A stretch of DNA of 64,000 nt from Candidatus Brocadiia bacterium (GCA_046538485.1 JBKHIT010000004.1:1-64000); one strand, 5' to 3'. Numbered from the stretch's first letter, positions 9,773 through 20,758 are shown. The notes: generated by a model not told the origin, from the sequence alone. Numbers and translations: made by a program.

Positions 9773-12649
9773 CTATTCGTCTGTTGCTTCTTCACAGGGG
9801 TTCTTGCCAAGCTCACGCACAATACCCTGTATTAGCGCGCCATCGTCAGTTTCCCACGAACTGGCAGATATTTGGGCCGACAACAAGGTTCCATCCTTTT
9901 TCTTAAAAGGGATTTTGAAACATGTGTAGCCTTTTTCCACAACTTCTTCGAGGGCTTGCTGTGAATTGTCCAGTTCGTTTTCAGGATGAAAGTCGGCGAC
10001 GTTCATCGATTCCAGTTCTTCTGCCGTATATCCGAGCATTTTCTCGGCCCGTTTATTCACATGGAGGATATTGCCATCGGTGTCATGCACAAAAATGGCA
10101 CTGAAAGAATGTTCAAAGAGATCGCGATAGCGTTTTTCGCTTTGCTTCAGGGCTTCTTCTGCCATTTTCCTTTCGTGAATATCGATAAACACACCCAGCA
10201 GGGCGGGTTCGCCACGGTATTTAATCTGTGATACAAAGACTTCCATCCACCGCCAATTGCCTTCGCGCGTTTTCACACGCAACTCGTAACGTGACGGTAC
10301 AGCCTCACCGCGCATCCGAGCTTTGTTACGCTCTCTGATTTTGTTGCGTTCGTCAGGATGGGCGTGCGACAGTAATTTTTCGAAACTCCAGCCTTCTACT
10401 TCCTCAGGTTCGTATCCGAGCAGGCGTCCCACCTGCGAGTTGGTGAATACAACAGTCGGAGGAGTCCCCTGGAAAATAACTACGTCCTGGTGCGAGTTTT
10501 CCACGAGCGTCTTATATTTTTTCTCTGATTCTTCCAGAGCTTTCTGGGCTTCGATACGCTCCGTAACATCCATCGCCACGCCGTCCATATATTCAATCTC
10601 GCCATTCTCATCGAAGTGCGCCTGCGCTGTAATGGACACCCAGATCGGCGTGCCATCTTTCCTCTTCAAAGGCAGCAATTCACCGTCCAGTCGTCCCCCT
10701 GCCTCCTTCATTTTCCTGACAAATTCCGACCGGTCCTCCCGGCACCGGTAGAGATCGGCTACGCGAACTGTGAGAAACTCTTCCGTCGAGTCATACCCGA
10801 ATATATTTGCGATCGCAGGGCCTGCCTCGAGAAACTTTCCCTCTGGCCCTCCGGTGTTTCGATAAGCCCCTACACTGCGCGCCAGAGTGCGGAATTTTTC
10901 GGCCGAATCTCTCAGCGCTATCTCGGCATCCTTGCGTTCGGTGATATCACGAATGATGACCAGCTCCGCTCCAGCGTCCTGATACTGAATGCGCGAAACG
11001 CTGATTTCCGCGCACCGCTCAGTCCCATCCTTTTTACGGATTCGTAACTCGTAAACAGAAGGCGGATTCTCGCCTTGAAGTCTCTCCTCATAGCGTTCTT
11101 CAACCAGCTCTTTATCTTCTTCAGCAATCAGTTTTGAGATGGGCATCCCCATGAGTTCTTCAACGGAGTAGCCGGTAATTCGCGATTCGGCTTCATTTGC
11201 GAATTTATGTACCCCATCCTGGACGATAGCAATCCCATCGTTCGCCATTTCGGCAACAGTGGCATAGCGGGCTTCGGACTCGCGTAACGCTTCTTCAGCA
11301 CGTTTTCTCTCGGTGATGTCTTCCACTATTGTGAGGATATACGTTTCATCTTCTATGTCCACCAGGGTGGCGGAAATCAGACCATGCAAAATGGAGCCCG
11401 ACTTATGTCGGAAGACGAACTCCTCGTTTTCGATTTGCCCCTCGTCTTTTAGAAGCCGGACAAACCGGCGCCGCTGTTCTTCCGCCGGTTCCGCCCAGAT
11501 CTCGAGTTCAAAAGCAGTTTGGCCTATCGCTTCCTCCGCCGTCCAGCCCATCAACCTCCCGAATGCCTGATTTACTTCCACATAACGCCCGTCTTCCACA
11601 GTGCTCAGTGCAATGACGGAGGGACTTGCTTCGTAGATACTGGATAAACGTTCTTCGCTTTTTCTCAGGGCTTCCTGAGCCCGTTTTCGTTCGGTAATCT
11701 CACGCGTAACTTCGATAAAACCGACCTGTTGCCCGTCTTCATCTTTCACGGGTGATCCGCGGATCCACCACGCTCTCCCATCCGGCGTTTCCATTTCGGC
11801 CTCTTCCGCCTGCCCCGATTGACGTGCCTGGTCTATTGGACACCCTGCGCATTTGTCGTCGCGTCCCTGCCACACTTCGTAACAAAAGCGCCCCTTCAGG
11901 TCTTCTAATTCCAGTCCCACGGAGTCGGCAGCCGCCCGGTTAGCCCATTGGATCCGGAAACGCGGGTCGTGGTAAATGACGTGCTCCGACATAGACTCCA
12001 GTATGACGGCTTTTTCTCTTTCGGCTTTTGCCAGTTCATTTTGGGCCCGCTTGCGCTCTTCAATCTCACGTTGCAGTTTCTTGTTGGCTTCGCGGAGTTC
12101 TTCTGTTCTTTCCCTGACCCTTTTTTCCAGTTCTTTATGCGCGTTTCGCAGTTGCTCCTGAGCCTGTTTCCGCTCTGTTATATCACGGTCTACTCCCCGA
12201 TAACCCGACGGTTTGCCGTCTTTGTCGATAATAGGAACACCGTAGCTTTCCAGATGTACAAGCCAGCCTTCTTTATGCCATTTCTGATGTTCCAGCCCCG
12301 TGAAAAGCCTCCCCTGCGCGAGAAATTCCCTCATGGCCCCCGCCGCAAGTTTGGCCTCGTCGGGAGGCATGAAATCGAAAGGCTGCCGCCCCACCATTTC
12401 GTCCGCGTCATATCCGAGCACGTCTTTGAACTGAGAGGTTACGAATGTATAAACGAAATTCTCGTCCAGTTCCCAGACACAATCATTAGCATTTTCAGTG
12501 ACTGCCTGAAAGCGTTCTTTGCTTATTTTGAGCCTGCTGACCAGCTCGTTGTGTTCAGCCTCCTGCCCCTCCAGGTCGTCAAGCTGAGCCCGGAGCCTGC
12601 GGACCTCCGTGAGAAGCTCTTCTCGGTTTTTATCTTCATCGCTGGCCAT
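9773..12649 (-). CDS. Multi-PAS/PAC protein (7 PAS domains) with no output domain
   Basis: Repeated DITERK/EITERK/DVTER/DIHERK PAC ends with 'AEEALRESE.RY' linkers. No H-box, HATPase or GGDEF motif. Confidence 0.9.
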   Translation of the reverse strand: MASDEDKNREELLTEVRRLRAQLDDLEGQEAEHNELVSRLKISKERFQAVTENANDCVWELDENFVYTFVTSQFKDVLGYDADEMVGRQPFDFMPPDEAKLAAGAMREFLAQGRLFTGLEHQKWHKEGWLVHLESYGVPIIDKDGKPSGYRGVDRDITERKQAQEQLRNAHKELEKRVRERTEELREANKKLQREIEERKRAQNELAKAEREKAVILESMSEHVIYHDPRFRIQWANRAAADSVGLELEDLKGRFCYEVWQGRDDKCAGCPIDQARQSGQAEEAEMETPDGRAWWIRGSPVKDEDGQQVGFIEVTREITERKRAQEALRKSEERLSSIYEASPSVIALSTVEDGRYVEVNQAFGRLMGWTAEEAIGQTAFELEIWAEPAEEQRRRFVRLLKDEGQIENEEFVFRHKSGSILHGLISATLVDIEDETYILTIVEDITERKRAEEALRESEARYATVAEMANDGIAIVQDGVHKFANEAESRITGYSVEELMGMPISKLIAEEDKELVEERYEERLQGENPPSVYELRIRKKDGTERCAEISVSRIQYQDAGAELVIIRDITERKDAEIALRDSAEKFRTLARSVGAYRNTGGPEGKFLEAGPAIANIFGYDSTEEFLTVRVADLYRCREDRSEFVRKMKEAGGRLDGELLPLKRKDGTPIWVSITAQAHFDENGEIEYMDGVAMDVTERIEAQKALEESEKKYKTLVENSHQDVVIFQGTPPTVVFTNSQVGRLLGYEPEEVEGWSFEKLLSHAHPDERNKIRERNKARMRGEAVPSRYELRVKTREGNWRWMEVFVSQIKYRGEPALLGVFIDIHERKMAEEALKQSEKRYRDLFEHSFSAIFVHDTDGNILHVNKRAEKMLGYTAEELESMNVADFHPENELDNSQQALEEVVEKGYTCFKIPFKKKDGTLLSAQISASSWETDDGALIQGIVRELGKNPCEEATDE

Positions 12650-13362
12650 AGCCTGCGAAACCTCTTAGAAACAATCGTCCTCGTTTCCGGATCCCGTCCT
12701 GTCTAATCTTTGCCAACTTCTATGTTCCGGGCTACGGACGGACCCAGATTTCCGGATTGGACAACAACCTGTTACATTATGAAACTACCTCCACACACAG
12801 CGTCTAAACTTCGTGAAAAACAGCACGTGTCGAAGCAGACGGAATGAGCACCTCAAGATAGAGCAGGAATTGGGAAAGTTTGTCGCAACAGGTAAGGAAA
12901 CAAGGAATCCCTCAGAATCCGCGAGGTGATTAACATAACTCGATAACGACCCTTCAAAAAATTACACCTTTGCCTTTCACGCAGGTGAATCTATTTCACT
13001 TCATTTCCAGTTCTTTTGTAATTGCTCCCCTGGATCAGAAGGAAGTGGCTAAAAACCAATAATATTCCTTACAAGCCAACAATATGGTGCAATATGAGCC
13101 TATCGCTGTCAAATGATTTTTGGTCCGGACCATCAGGTGTTTTCGATTCGAAAGAACCCAGTGGCGGGCAAAGAAACAGCCGTTGTGAGCCCTGACGCAT
13201 AGTGGCCCGTTCCCGATTACCCCCTGCTGCTATTCAGAAGGGCCTTTGGCAAAACTATTCAAGCTTTGCTTATTGTTTTCAGGCCCTGCCATACCTCAAA
13301 AGCAAAACCTGAGAAAACATATCCAGGACCGCTGATACCTCAAGAGATTTATGCAAGATTCT

Positions 13363-14580
13363 TCAGGCGGTGTTATCGGAATCATAACGACCGTATTTTT
13401 GGATCGCGGACATAATCAGCCGGAGTCCCGTCAGACGTGACCCATTATTAATCGAACCCGCGGTTGCGAAGACTAAGCCCCTATGCTCCCGAGCCATTTC
13501 AAAATCGCGCAGAAACTCCGCAACGATATTTTCTTCTTCGTTCCGGCTGAAGGTAAACGGTGCAAGAACACCTCGTATGACGGCCGTTGGTATGTGTTTG
13601 CGGATATGGTCAACCATAACTTTCGGGCCGAAGTTCACACCCGTGAGGTTCAGCCGTCCAAGTATCGGGACGATATGGCCCATATCCGAATCGGAATGCT
13701 GGAACCGCCGATCGTCGGGATCTGGACTGTATTCTTCGAAGACACCTTTCAAAATGGGGAACCCGAACAGTTCGTACATTTCAGGGGTCATCAGGGCGCA
13801 GTTATCATCGGCAAAACTGAATCCACGGGGCGCTGTCTCCCGGGTATAACCGGCTTCTTCGTCCAGGATGCGGGCAATCCCCAGCATGGATCTGAGAATC
13901 AGGTCGCTGAACCTTTTTGCAAGCGAAGGGTCATCATGGATTAAAAAAACGAGGTTTTCAGTGCCATATATGCTTGTAGCGAACGTTACAGGGCCTCTCT
14001 GGTGACGATACAGGGACGGTTTTACGCCCTTTGCCATCAGTCGTTCTTTTTCTTCCTCCCAGTTCTCCGGAAGCATAAAATCCCTCAGGTTTTCCAGACG
14101 TTTCTCGACCCGGTCGAGCAGTGATTTTAATTCCTCTTCATTATCGACGGACTGTTTCAGCCACCAGGAACCGGCCTGCCAGATATTTTCCGCTTCGAAA
14201 ACATCGTGGAGACGCTTGTGGGGCGGATATTTCAGCGGCTCTCGGTCAGAACTGGAGGGCTCTTCGTTGAGCAAACGGCGTCCGACAATTTTTTCCGCTT
14301 TGTCGTTGTAGGCCCGATTCAGCTCCAGGCGGTATTCTTGATCGTTTTGATAGCGCCAGCGATCCTCTTCTATACTTAGTTCGTCCCACACGCAAAGGCC
14401 ATTCATCCAGACCCCCAGTGGACATTGAGGGATATCATTTCCAAAAGGATCGGCAATAGCTTTTTCCTGATCGGCATAAAATTGGTCCAGGTCTACAGGA
14501 GCCAGACCATCGTTGTCGTGAGCTTCAGCGACAAGTTCAGAAGCGATTCGGTGGTGCTCGGGTTTTGTATTCACACTCAA
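13363..14580 (-). CDS. Uroporphyrinogen decarboxylase (UroD/MtaA-like) family protein
   Basis: RGPVTFAT..YG.E, ADDNCALMTPEMYE.F, HSD, G.L.P. These motifs fit the URO-D-like TIM-barrel family. Confidence 0.7.
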   Translation of the reverse strand: MSVNTKPEHHRIASELVAEAHDNDGLAPVDLDQFYADQEKAIADPFGNDIPQCPLGVWMNGLCVWDELSIEEDRWRYQNDQEYRLELNRAYNDKAEKIVGRRLLNEEPSSSDREPLKYPPHKRLHDVFEAENIWQAGSWWLKQSVDNEEELKSLLDRVEKRLENLRDFMLPENWEEEKERLMAKGVKPSLYRHQRGPVTFATSIYGTENLVFLIHDDPSLAKRFSDLILRSMLGIARILDEEAGYTRETAPRGFSFADDNCALMTPEMYELFGFPILKGVFEEYSPDPDDRRFQHSDSDMGHIVPILGRLNLTGVNFGPKVMVDHIRKHIPTAVIRGVLAPFTFSRNEEENIVAEFLRDFEMAREHRGLVFATAGSINNGSRLTGLRLIMSAIQKYGRYDSDNTA

Positions 14581-14673
14581 GGAAATGCTCTCCTTTTTTT
14601 GACTTAATGATAACGAAGGCGGCAGCGGTTCTTTTTTACACCGTGCCGTCTTCTTGTACGAATTCCCTTTATC

Positions 14674-17109
14674 TTACTCTGAGTTATTTTCGGAACCTTC
14701 GCGGGCCGGGCCGTATTCCTGCAGCACATCGGCAATTTCACAAAGACGGGAGTCAACCCTACCAAACAGGGTGTCGGCGGGATACTGCTCTTCTCCATCT
14801 TTTTCTCCGGCCGGCATCCCCGTCAGAATTTCTACGCCCTCTTCAACAGTATCGATAGCGTAGATCGAAAAATCGCCTTCTTCGACCGCTTCGAAAACTT
14901 CATCGTTGACCATCAGGTCCTGGATATTGCGCGCAGGGATCAATACTCCCTGTTCCCCGGTCAGGCCTTTTTTCTGGCAGACTTCGAAGAAACCTTCGAT
15001 TTTCTCATTGACCCCACCGATCGGCTGAACCTGGCCCTTCTGGTTCACAGAACCCGTGACGGCAATATCCTGGCGCAGCGGGACATCTGCGAGGTCAGAA
15101 AGCAGCGCATAGAGCTCGGCGCACGATGCGCTATCGCCTTCGATTTCGGAATACGACTGTTCGAAACAAAGGCTGGCCGAAAGGCTCAGCGGTTTTTCCT
15201 GCCCGAAACGTTTGGCAAGGAAACCACTCATGATCATCACACCTTTGTTGTGGATATTGCCGCTCATGTCGCTTTCGCGCTCGATATTAATTACACCTTT
15301 CTGGCCCACAGAGCTCACGCAGGTAATACGCGATGGTTTTCCGAACCTGTATTCACCCAGTTCGAGCACAGCGAGACCGTTTATCTGCCCGGAAACCGAA
15401 TCCTCAGTATCGATCAGTAGCGTGCCCTCTTCGATCATCCGCTGTATTTTGTCTTGCGCCATTCTGGACCGTCGGTGTCGTGTCAGTATGGCTTCGCGTA
15501 CGTGTTCAGCACTGACACAGTCGGCCCCGTTGAGTTTGACCTGGTGGCCCGCTTCTTCGATCAAATCGGCAATTTTCAGGAACTGCGTCGACAGTCGTTC
15601 CTGATGCCCGGCCAGGCGCGCGCCGTATTCCGAAATCTTTGCCACGGCTTTTCGATCAAACGGCGGTAGATCGCCGTCCTCACAGTGGTCGGAAACGAAA
15701 GCGGCATATCGTTCCAGATGCTCGTCTGTCATATCCATTTCAACATCAAAGGCCGCTTTAATTTTGAACAATCGCCGGAAATCTTCGTCCAGTGTGTACA
15801 GCAAGTGGTAGAGCAAGGGGCTTCCCACCAGAACAACGGTTACGCTGACAGGGATCGCTTCAGGTTCGAGGGTGGCAGCGGGGATGGGGCGGTACTGCTC
15901 GTACATATTTTCGATTTTTACTTCTCGGGCCCGAATCGCCCGTTTCAAGGCTTCCCAGGAGAAGGGATTTCGAAGGACATCTTTGACCTGCAGAACAATG
16001 AATCCGCCGCTTGCCTGGATGAATGATCCGGCGCGTATCATCGTGAAATCCGTCGTCATGCCCCCGAACTGTGATTTGTACTCAATCTGACCGAAAAGGT
16101 TATAATAAGTCGGGTTCCTTTCGTCGACCACCGGAGCGCCCTCAGTCCGCGCGTTATCCACCACCACATTTGCGCGGTAACGATTGTAGGCCTGTTTCCG
16201 CATTGCTTCTTGCATTCCCATTGGATCCTGGGCTGCCTGGTCGGCCGTTCGGAAAAGATCGATATTTTCGATGATGTCATCCTTGACGTTATCCAGGTAA
16301 TCGCAAACTCTGTCGAATTCGGAGTACTTTTCTTTCAGCTCATCGACCAGATGTCCCACGGCAAAAAGGCCGACGTTTTCGTCCAGTTCACCGGTTCGTT
16401 GCTTAATTTCCTTCTCGATTTCCCGCGCCCTGGCAATTGTCTCCCGGATCAGTTCCTGAACTTTCTCGTTTTTGCTGCGCAGTTCCTCTTTTTTTTCTTC
16501 CGGCAATTCATCAAATTCATCCTGTGAAATGACTTCGTCGTCGACAATCGGAGCAGCAGCAATACCGGCGGGACTCACCTGGATGGCATGATCATATTCC
16601 TTGGCTTCTTCCCGCAGTTCGTCGATCATCTCACTGCGTTTTTCATTGAGTTCCTCAACAACTTGCCTGCGTTTTTTTTCGTAATCTTCACCCTCGAACG
16701 CTTTCGGGATTTCGTCTTTACACTGCTGGATAAGATCCTCCATATCGTCCCGCAGCTCGCGTCCTTTCCCCGGAGGCAGGTTTACAGCAAGGGGTTCATC
16801 TTTCTCATCGAAATTATAGAGGTAGACCCAATCATCAGGCACAGGCATATCTTCGGACTTGTCTTTGATCAAAGCATGCACGGTCGAGTTGCGTCCTGTG
16901 CCGACCTGCCCACTGGCATAGATATTGAAGCCATGGCCCTGTATCTGAAGGCCGGTTTCTACGGCTTCCAGCGCTCGCTGCTGACCAATTGTGCCTTCAA
17001 GCGGCTCGACCTCAGCGGTTGTGTCAAATGAGAAGAAATCCGGATCAACACTTCTGCGCAGCTTTTCAAGGGGCACACGTTTCTGATCAAGTAATTTCTC
17101 AGCGCCCAC
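14674..17109 (-). CDS. Lon-like protease (peptidase S16, LonC type)
   Basis: IGQQRA, P-loop GQVGTGR, coiled-coil insert, GQINGL, catalytic EGDSAS and PIGGVNEK. Confidence 0.9.
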   Translation of the reverse strand: MGAEKLLDQKRVPLEKLRRSVDPDFFSFDTTAEVEPLEGTIGQQRALEAVETGLQIQGHGFNIYASGQVGTGRNSTVHALIKDKSEDMPVPDDWVYLYNFDEKDEPLAVNLPPGKGRELRDDMEDLIQQCKDEIPKAFEGEDYEKKRRQVVEELNEKRSEMIDELREEAKEYDHAIQVSPAGIAAAPIVDDEVISQDEFDELPEEKKEELRSKNEKVQELIRETIARAREIEKEIKQRTGELDENVGLFAVGHLVDELKEKYSEFDRVCDYLDNVKDDIIENIDLFRTADQAAQDPMGMQEAMRKQAYNRYRANVVVDNARTEGAPVVDERNPTYYNLFGQIEYKSQFGGMTTDFTMIRAGSFIQASGGFIVLQVKDVLRNPFSWEALKRAIRAREVKIENMYEQYRPIPAATLEPEAIPVSVTVVLVGSPLLYHLLYTLDEDFRRLFKIKAAFDVEMDMTDEHLERYAAFVSDHCEDGDLPPFDRKAVAKISEYGARLAGHQERLSTQFLKIADLIEEAGHQVKLNGADCVSAEHVREAILTRHRRSRMAQDKIQRMIEEGTLLIDTEDSVSGQINGLAVLELGEYRFGKPSRITCVSSVGQKGVINIERESDMSGNIHNKGVMIMSGFLAKRFGQEKPLSLSASLCFEQSYSEIEGDSASCAELYALLSDLADVPLRQDIAVTGSVNQKGQVQPIGGVNEKIEGFFEVCQKKGLTGEQGVLIPARNIQDLMVNDEVFEAVEEGDFSIYAIDTVEEGVEILTGMPAGEKDGEEQYPADTLFGRVDSRLCEIADVLQEYGPAREGSENNSE

Positions 17110-17264
17110 GTTGCGTTCCTTTCGGGTAAAAATCTTCCTAAAACTGAGCGTTCATTTGTGTGGTCGGGATATTTCCAAATTCTAATGTACCATTGGCTTT
17201 CGTGCGAACCCGAACGTAAAAAGGTCTGCTATTCAGGGGCAAGCGGTGGGATTTTCAGACCTGC

Positions 17265-18221
17265 TCATCCTCCCGGTTCTACCGTCTCTGTCTTGACGAC
17301 CCGCAAAACGTCATTGATATTCGCTCTTGCGAGGCAGATTGAGGAATCGGCGGCTCCGTAATACAACCACAGCATTCCATCGCGAATAAACCCCCCGCAG
17401 GCAAAAATAACATTTGGCGCGTCACCTGTCCTTTCGTATTGGGTTTCCGGTCCCAGGAGCCAGCGACGTGCCCGGGCTCTCAACACGCTGGGGCGTTCTC
17501 GATCGAGTAAAGCAGCGCCCATGCGGTATATCGGCCGCCCGGCAAGGTCTTTGACACCATGGTACATCAAAAGCCAGCCTTCATCGGTCAGGACTGGCGG
17601 CAGGCCCGCCCCGACTCGTTGTCCGTCCCACCATGGCCCCTTTCGAACTGGCACGACGAGCTGGGATTTTCCCCAGTAAACCAGGTCCTCCGAGTATGAA
17701 AGCCAGATGCTACCTCCCCCCACCGAAGGTCGGTGAAGAATGGCATATTGTCCGTCGAACTTCGCCGGCAGAAGAGCCCCATTTTTGTCGTTCGGAGGGA
17801 ACATAAGCCCCAATCGTGCAACGGTTTTGAAATCCTGAGTCGTCGCGATGGCGATACCGGGGCCCTGATCCGAATACGCGGTGTAGACGAGTACGTAGGC
17901 CCCGAGATCTTCCATCCATGTGATTCGGCAATCCTCACAACCATTGGATTCGTAGGGGAAATTGTCTTCGGGATGAAGCAGCGCACGGTCTCCCACACGC
18001 CAGTTCGTAATACCGTCCTCGCTCCGCGCCACGATCAGATGCGAGCGGCCCGATGCGCTTTCAACCCTCAGAAGCAAAAGCACTTCGTTTTCAAATTGAA
18101 TCGCTCCTGCATTGAATACCGTGTTTGCGAGATATGGGATATCCTCCGCGGTGATGAGCGGATTCTGTTCGATTCGTTTGAAAACATGTTTCATCTCTGT
18201 GTCATGCATAAGAACCGTCAC
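17265..18221 (-). CDS. GH130-family glycoside hydrolase/phosphorylase
   Basis: VFNAGA, LLRVE, ARS.DG..W, GCEDCRIT, DKNGAL, LHRP, GWLLMYHGV, YYGAAD. Confidence 0.85.
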   Translation of the reverse strand: MTVLMHDTEMKHVFKRIEQNPLITAEDIPYLANTVFNAGAIQFENEVLLLLRVESASGRSHLIVARSEDGITNWRVGDRALLHPEDNFPYESNGCEDCRITWMEDLGAYVLVYTAYSDQGPGIAIATTQDFKTVARLGLMFPPNDKNGALLPAKFDGQYAILHRPSVGGGSIWLSYSEDLVYWGKSQLVVPVRKGPWWDGQRVGAGLPPVLTDEGWLLMYHGVKDLAGRPIYRMGAALLDRERPSVLRARARRWLLGPETQYERTGDAPNVIFACGGFIRDGMLWLYYGAADSSICLARANINDVLRVVKTETVEPGG

Positions 18222-18334
18222 TTGCCTTTAGTTGTTTCTTGAGGTTTCAGGTAAAGCCGATCTTTCCATCTCTTCTGCTAAAAATCGCTGTTCGCAGAAA
18301 TGTCACTTGCTGGCCTGCATCTTACGGATGCCGG

Positions 18335-19132
18335 TTAGAGTTCTTTAATGCGATCTATTTCTTTTGCAGATTCTTCCAGCGAGGCCACCCCCTGGCTCAC
18401 TTCGCTCACAAGCGCCCCTTCATAACCCGTGGAATGCAATTCAGCCATTACGCCGGGGAAATCAACGTCGCCTTCACCCAGCGGGACCCATTCAAAACCG
18501 TCGCGTTTGAAATCTTTCATGTGCACCGCCATCAGGTGGTCGCTCAGCAATCGAAGCCATTGTTTCGGATAACTGAAAGCGCACATGTTGCCGGGATCGA
18601 AATAAAAGCCGACACGTGGGCTATCGACTTCATCCAAAAACTGGCAGAACTCGAGCGGGCTCAGCAGGAATTTGTTCCAGACGTATTCAATGGCCAGATT
18701 CACGCCCGCCATTTCTGCTGCCGGCGCAAGCCTGCGCATGGAGTCCAGTGCGTTGTCATAAGCCTCTTCGTAACCCAGGTCCGGCGGCAATTGACCGAGG
18801 ACGATGAGAACGGTTTCCACACCAACCGCATTGGCAACTCGCATGTAATCGATAACAGTCTCTCTGGCAGCCTCTCGCAGGGTCGTATCGTTCGTCATCA
18901 GATCTTTCGGACGTTCCGTCTGTGCAGGGCACATGCTGACCAGCTCGATCCCAGCACCCCGTGCAGCCTCCGGCAAACCGGCAAGGTCCTTCTCATCGGC
19001 CGCGAAAGAACAGTATCCCTGGTCCCTGAGAGCAAGTTCAAGGGCTTCATAACCGGTTGCGCTTATGTTTTGCAGAACCTCGTCAAAACTCCAGTCCGCC
19101 GATAGAACCAGTTCAGTTACTCCCGTCTTCAT
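18335..19132 (-). CDS. Sugar-phosphate isomerase/epimerase (xylose-isomerase-like TIM barrel)
   Basis: LAIEYVWNKFL.SP.E, YFDPGN, VHMKD, LGEGDVDF; GGAGG RBS before MKTG. Confidence 0.85.
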   Translation of the reverse strand: MKTGVTELVLSADWSFDEVLQNISATGYEALELALRDQGYCSFAADEKDLAGLPEAARGAGIELVSMCPAQTERPKDLMTNDTTLREAARETVIDYMRVANAVGVETVLIVLGQLPPDLGYEEAYDNALDSMRRLAPAAEMAGVNLAIEYVWNKFLLSPLEFCQFLDEVDSPRVGFYFDPGNMCAFSYPKQWLRLLSDHLMAVHMKDFKRDGFEWVPLGEGDVDFPGVMAELHSTGYEGALVSEVSQGVASLEESAKEIDRIKEL

Positions 19133-19557
19133 TTCCATCCTCCAAAAAAAAGAAAATCCTGCGCGTGATGCATGGCGCCCGGCAAATTGGACGCAAATGC
19201 CTCTCCACAGAACGGAAATCATTTATGTGATTCCCGGGATTTTGGACAAAAATCCACCACTTATGTCAGGAAATCAAAACCAAAACGACTGGATTATATG
19301 GCCACTGGCCCCGGAGGGCAAAAGGAAAGCATGTCACGAGCCGGGATTCTGCAGATGATGTTAAGCGATTGTTATCAAGTTAGCGATTGGATTCCCAACC
19401 AATATCAGTCATATTTCTTCTTTTTGAATATGGGGATTCGGGGCGGAAGCGCCGATGCGGAAGAGCGCCGCTCACTGTCCACCGCGAGGTTCGGGAGGTT
19501 GCTAACCTGGCCAGACCGTGTGGTCGAAAAGACAAACGGTTTTTCCCCGACTTTTTC

Positions 19558-19585
19558 TTGACAAAAGCCACAGTTATGGTAGTAT
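19558..19585 (+). promoter_or_regulatory. Candidate sigma70 promoter for the regulator/pilin operon
   Basis: TTGACA (19558-19563), 16-nt spacer, TAGTAT (19580-19585), about 45 nt before the ATG. Confidence 0.45.
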
Positions 19586-19631
19586 TACCTTACATGGTTT
19601 GCGCATTAATTATACATCGGTAGGCTCCGCT

Positions 19632-20735
19632 ATGAAAATCAAGTATCGTTCGCTGGCCAGGGAACTGCGACGTGTAATCGATGAAGAGGAGTATGCACCT
19701 GGAGACGCCCTTCCCTCGCAGTCGAATCTTGCGGACCGTTTCGGTGTGAATCCGCGCACGGTTGCCCGGGCCCTGGATGTGTTGGAGGAGGACGAACTTA
19801 TAACCCGCAAACGTGGTAGCGGCACCTACATCTCCGATCTGCCGGATTCCCGCACCACCACCCCGCTGCTGTATATCGGGCGCACCGAAGGCCATTTCCA
19901 TAAAGACCTTTATTGTGCATTGACGGCGGAGGCGCAGCGTAGTGGACCCGGAGTCATTGCATTTTCCCCATGGCAAGAAACCGAAGAGTTGCAGGACTCG
20001 GAACACCTCCGCGCCCTGCTGGAATCATCCCAGAGAATTATCTGCGCGTCGCAGCACTGGTCAAAACTCCGTGAGATCGTTCCGAACAAATGCCACGTCG
20101 TGCTGGTCAGCGGTTTCTCTGGTTCAGTTGATACGGATCAGACCTCCGCGGGATACACAGTAGCGACCAATATCAAGCACGCCAGCCAGCTCGCGACCGA
20201 ACATCTTCTCGAACTGGGTCATCGCCGTATCGCGCTCGTCAGTGTCGGCTGGGAACCCGGGGAATCTGCGGAGGTTCGACGGATTCCTCCCGACGCGTCG
20301 GTGTATCAGGGCTACCATCTCGCCCTTCGCTCTAACGAAATCAACCAGGAGTTCCCGATGGGATGTCCGCACAGCGGCTCGGATAAAGACTTTCGTGGGG
20401 TAACCATGAAAGCTCTTGAAAAACACTTTGCCTCAATGGACGAGTTGCCCACGGCTTTTGTCTGCGAAACGGATTTTCGGGCTTCTGTTCTTTTGAACCT
20501 GATGCGATCGCGCGGGCTTGAAGCTCCGCGGGACTTCAGCGTCGTTGGTATTGGTAATACACCCTGGGCTGAAATGACCCATCCGCGTCTCACAAGCGTG
20601 AGCCTGCGGGAAGAGGTGATGTCACGAGTGGCCGTTGACCTCTGTTCTGGCGAACCTCCTTCCGGACCGGCCGTGGTCCGGATCGACCCCGAACTGGTTG
20701 AACGAAACTCCACTAAAGCGCCGACTGAAACCTGA
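19632..20735 (+). CDS. GntR-type HTH fused to a LacI-type sugar-binding domain (AraR-like regulator)
   Basis: PGDALPS...LA.RFGVN..TV.RAL..L...LI.R.RGSGTY; C-terminal [38 protein letters not shown]. Confidence 0.9.
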   Translation: MKIKYRSLARELRRVIDEEEYAPGDALPSQSNLADRFGVNPRTVARALDVLEEDELITRKRGSGTYISDLPDSRTTTPLLYIGRTEGHFHKDLYCALTAEAQRSGPGVIAFSPWQETEELQDSEHLRALLESSQRIICASQHWSKLREIVPNKCHVVLVSGFSGSVDTDQTSAGYTVATNIKHASQLATEHLLELGHRRIALVSVGWEPGESAEVRRIPPDASVYQGYHLALRSNEINQEFPMGCPHSGSDKDFRGVTMKALEKHFASMDELPTAFVCETDFRASVLLNLMRSRGLEAPRDFSVVGIGNTPWAEMTHPRLTSVSLREEVMSRVAVDLCSGEPPSGPAVVRIDPELVERNSTKAPTET

Positions 20736-20758
20736 ATGTTTGCCGAAAGAATCGCAAA

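Noticed and set aside
12955..13175. Possible c-di-GMP-I riboswitch fragments (GAAAGGCAAA on the minus strand; TTCGAAAGAA on the plus strand)
   Set aside because: The fragments are on opposite strands and lack the GACGCAAA junction and second stem.
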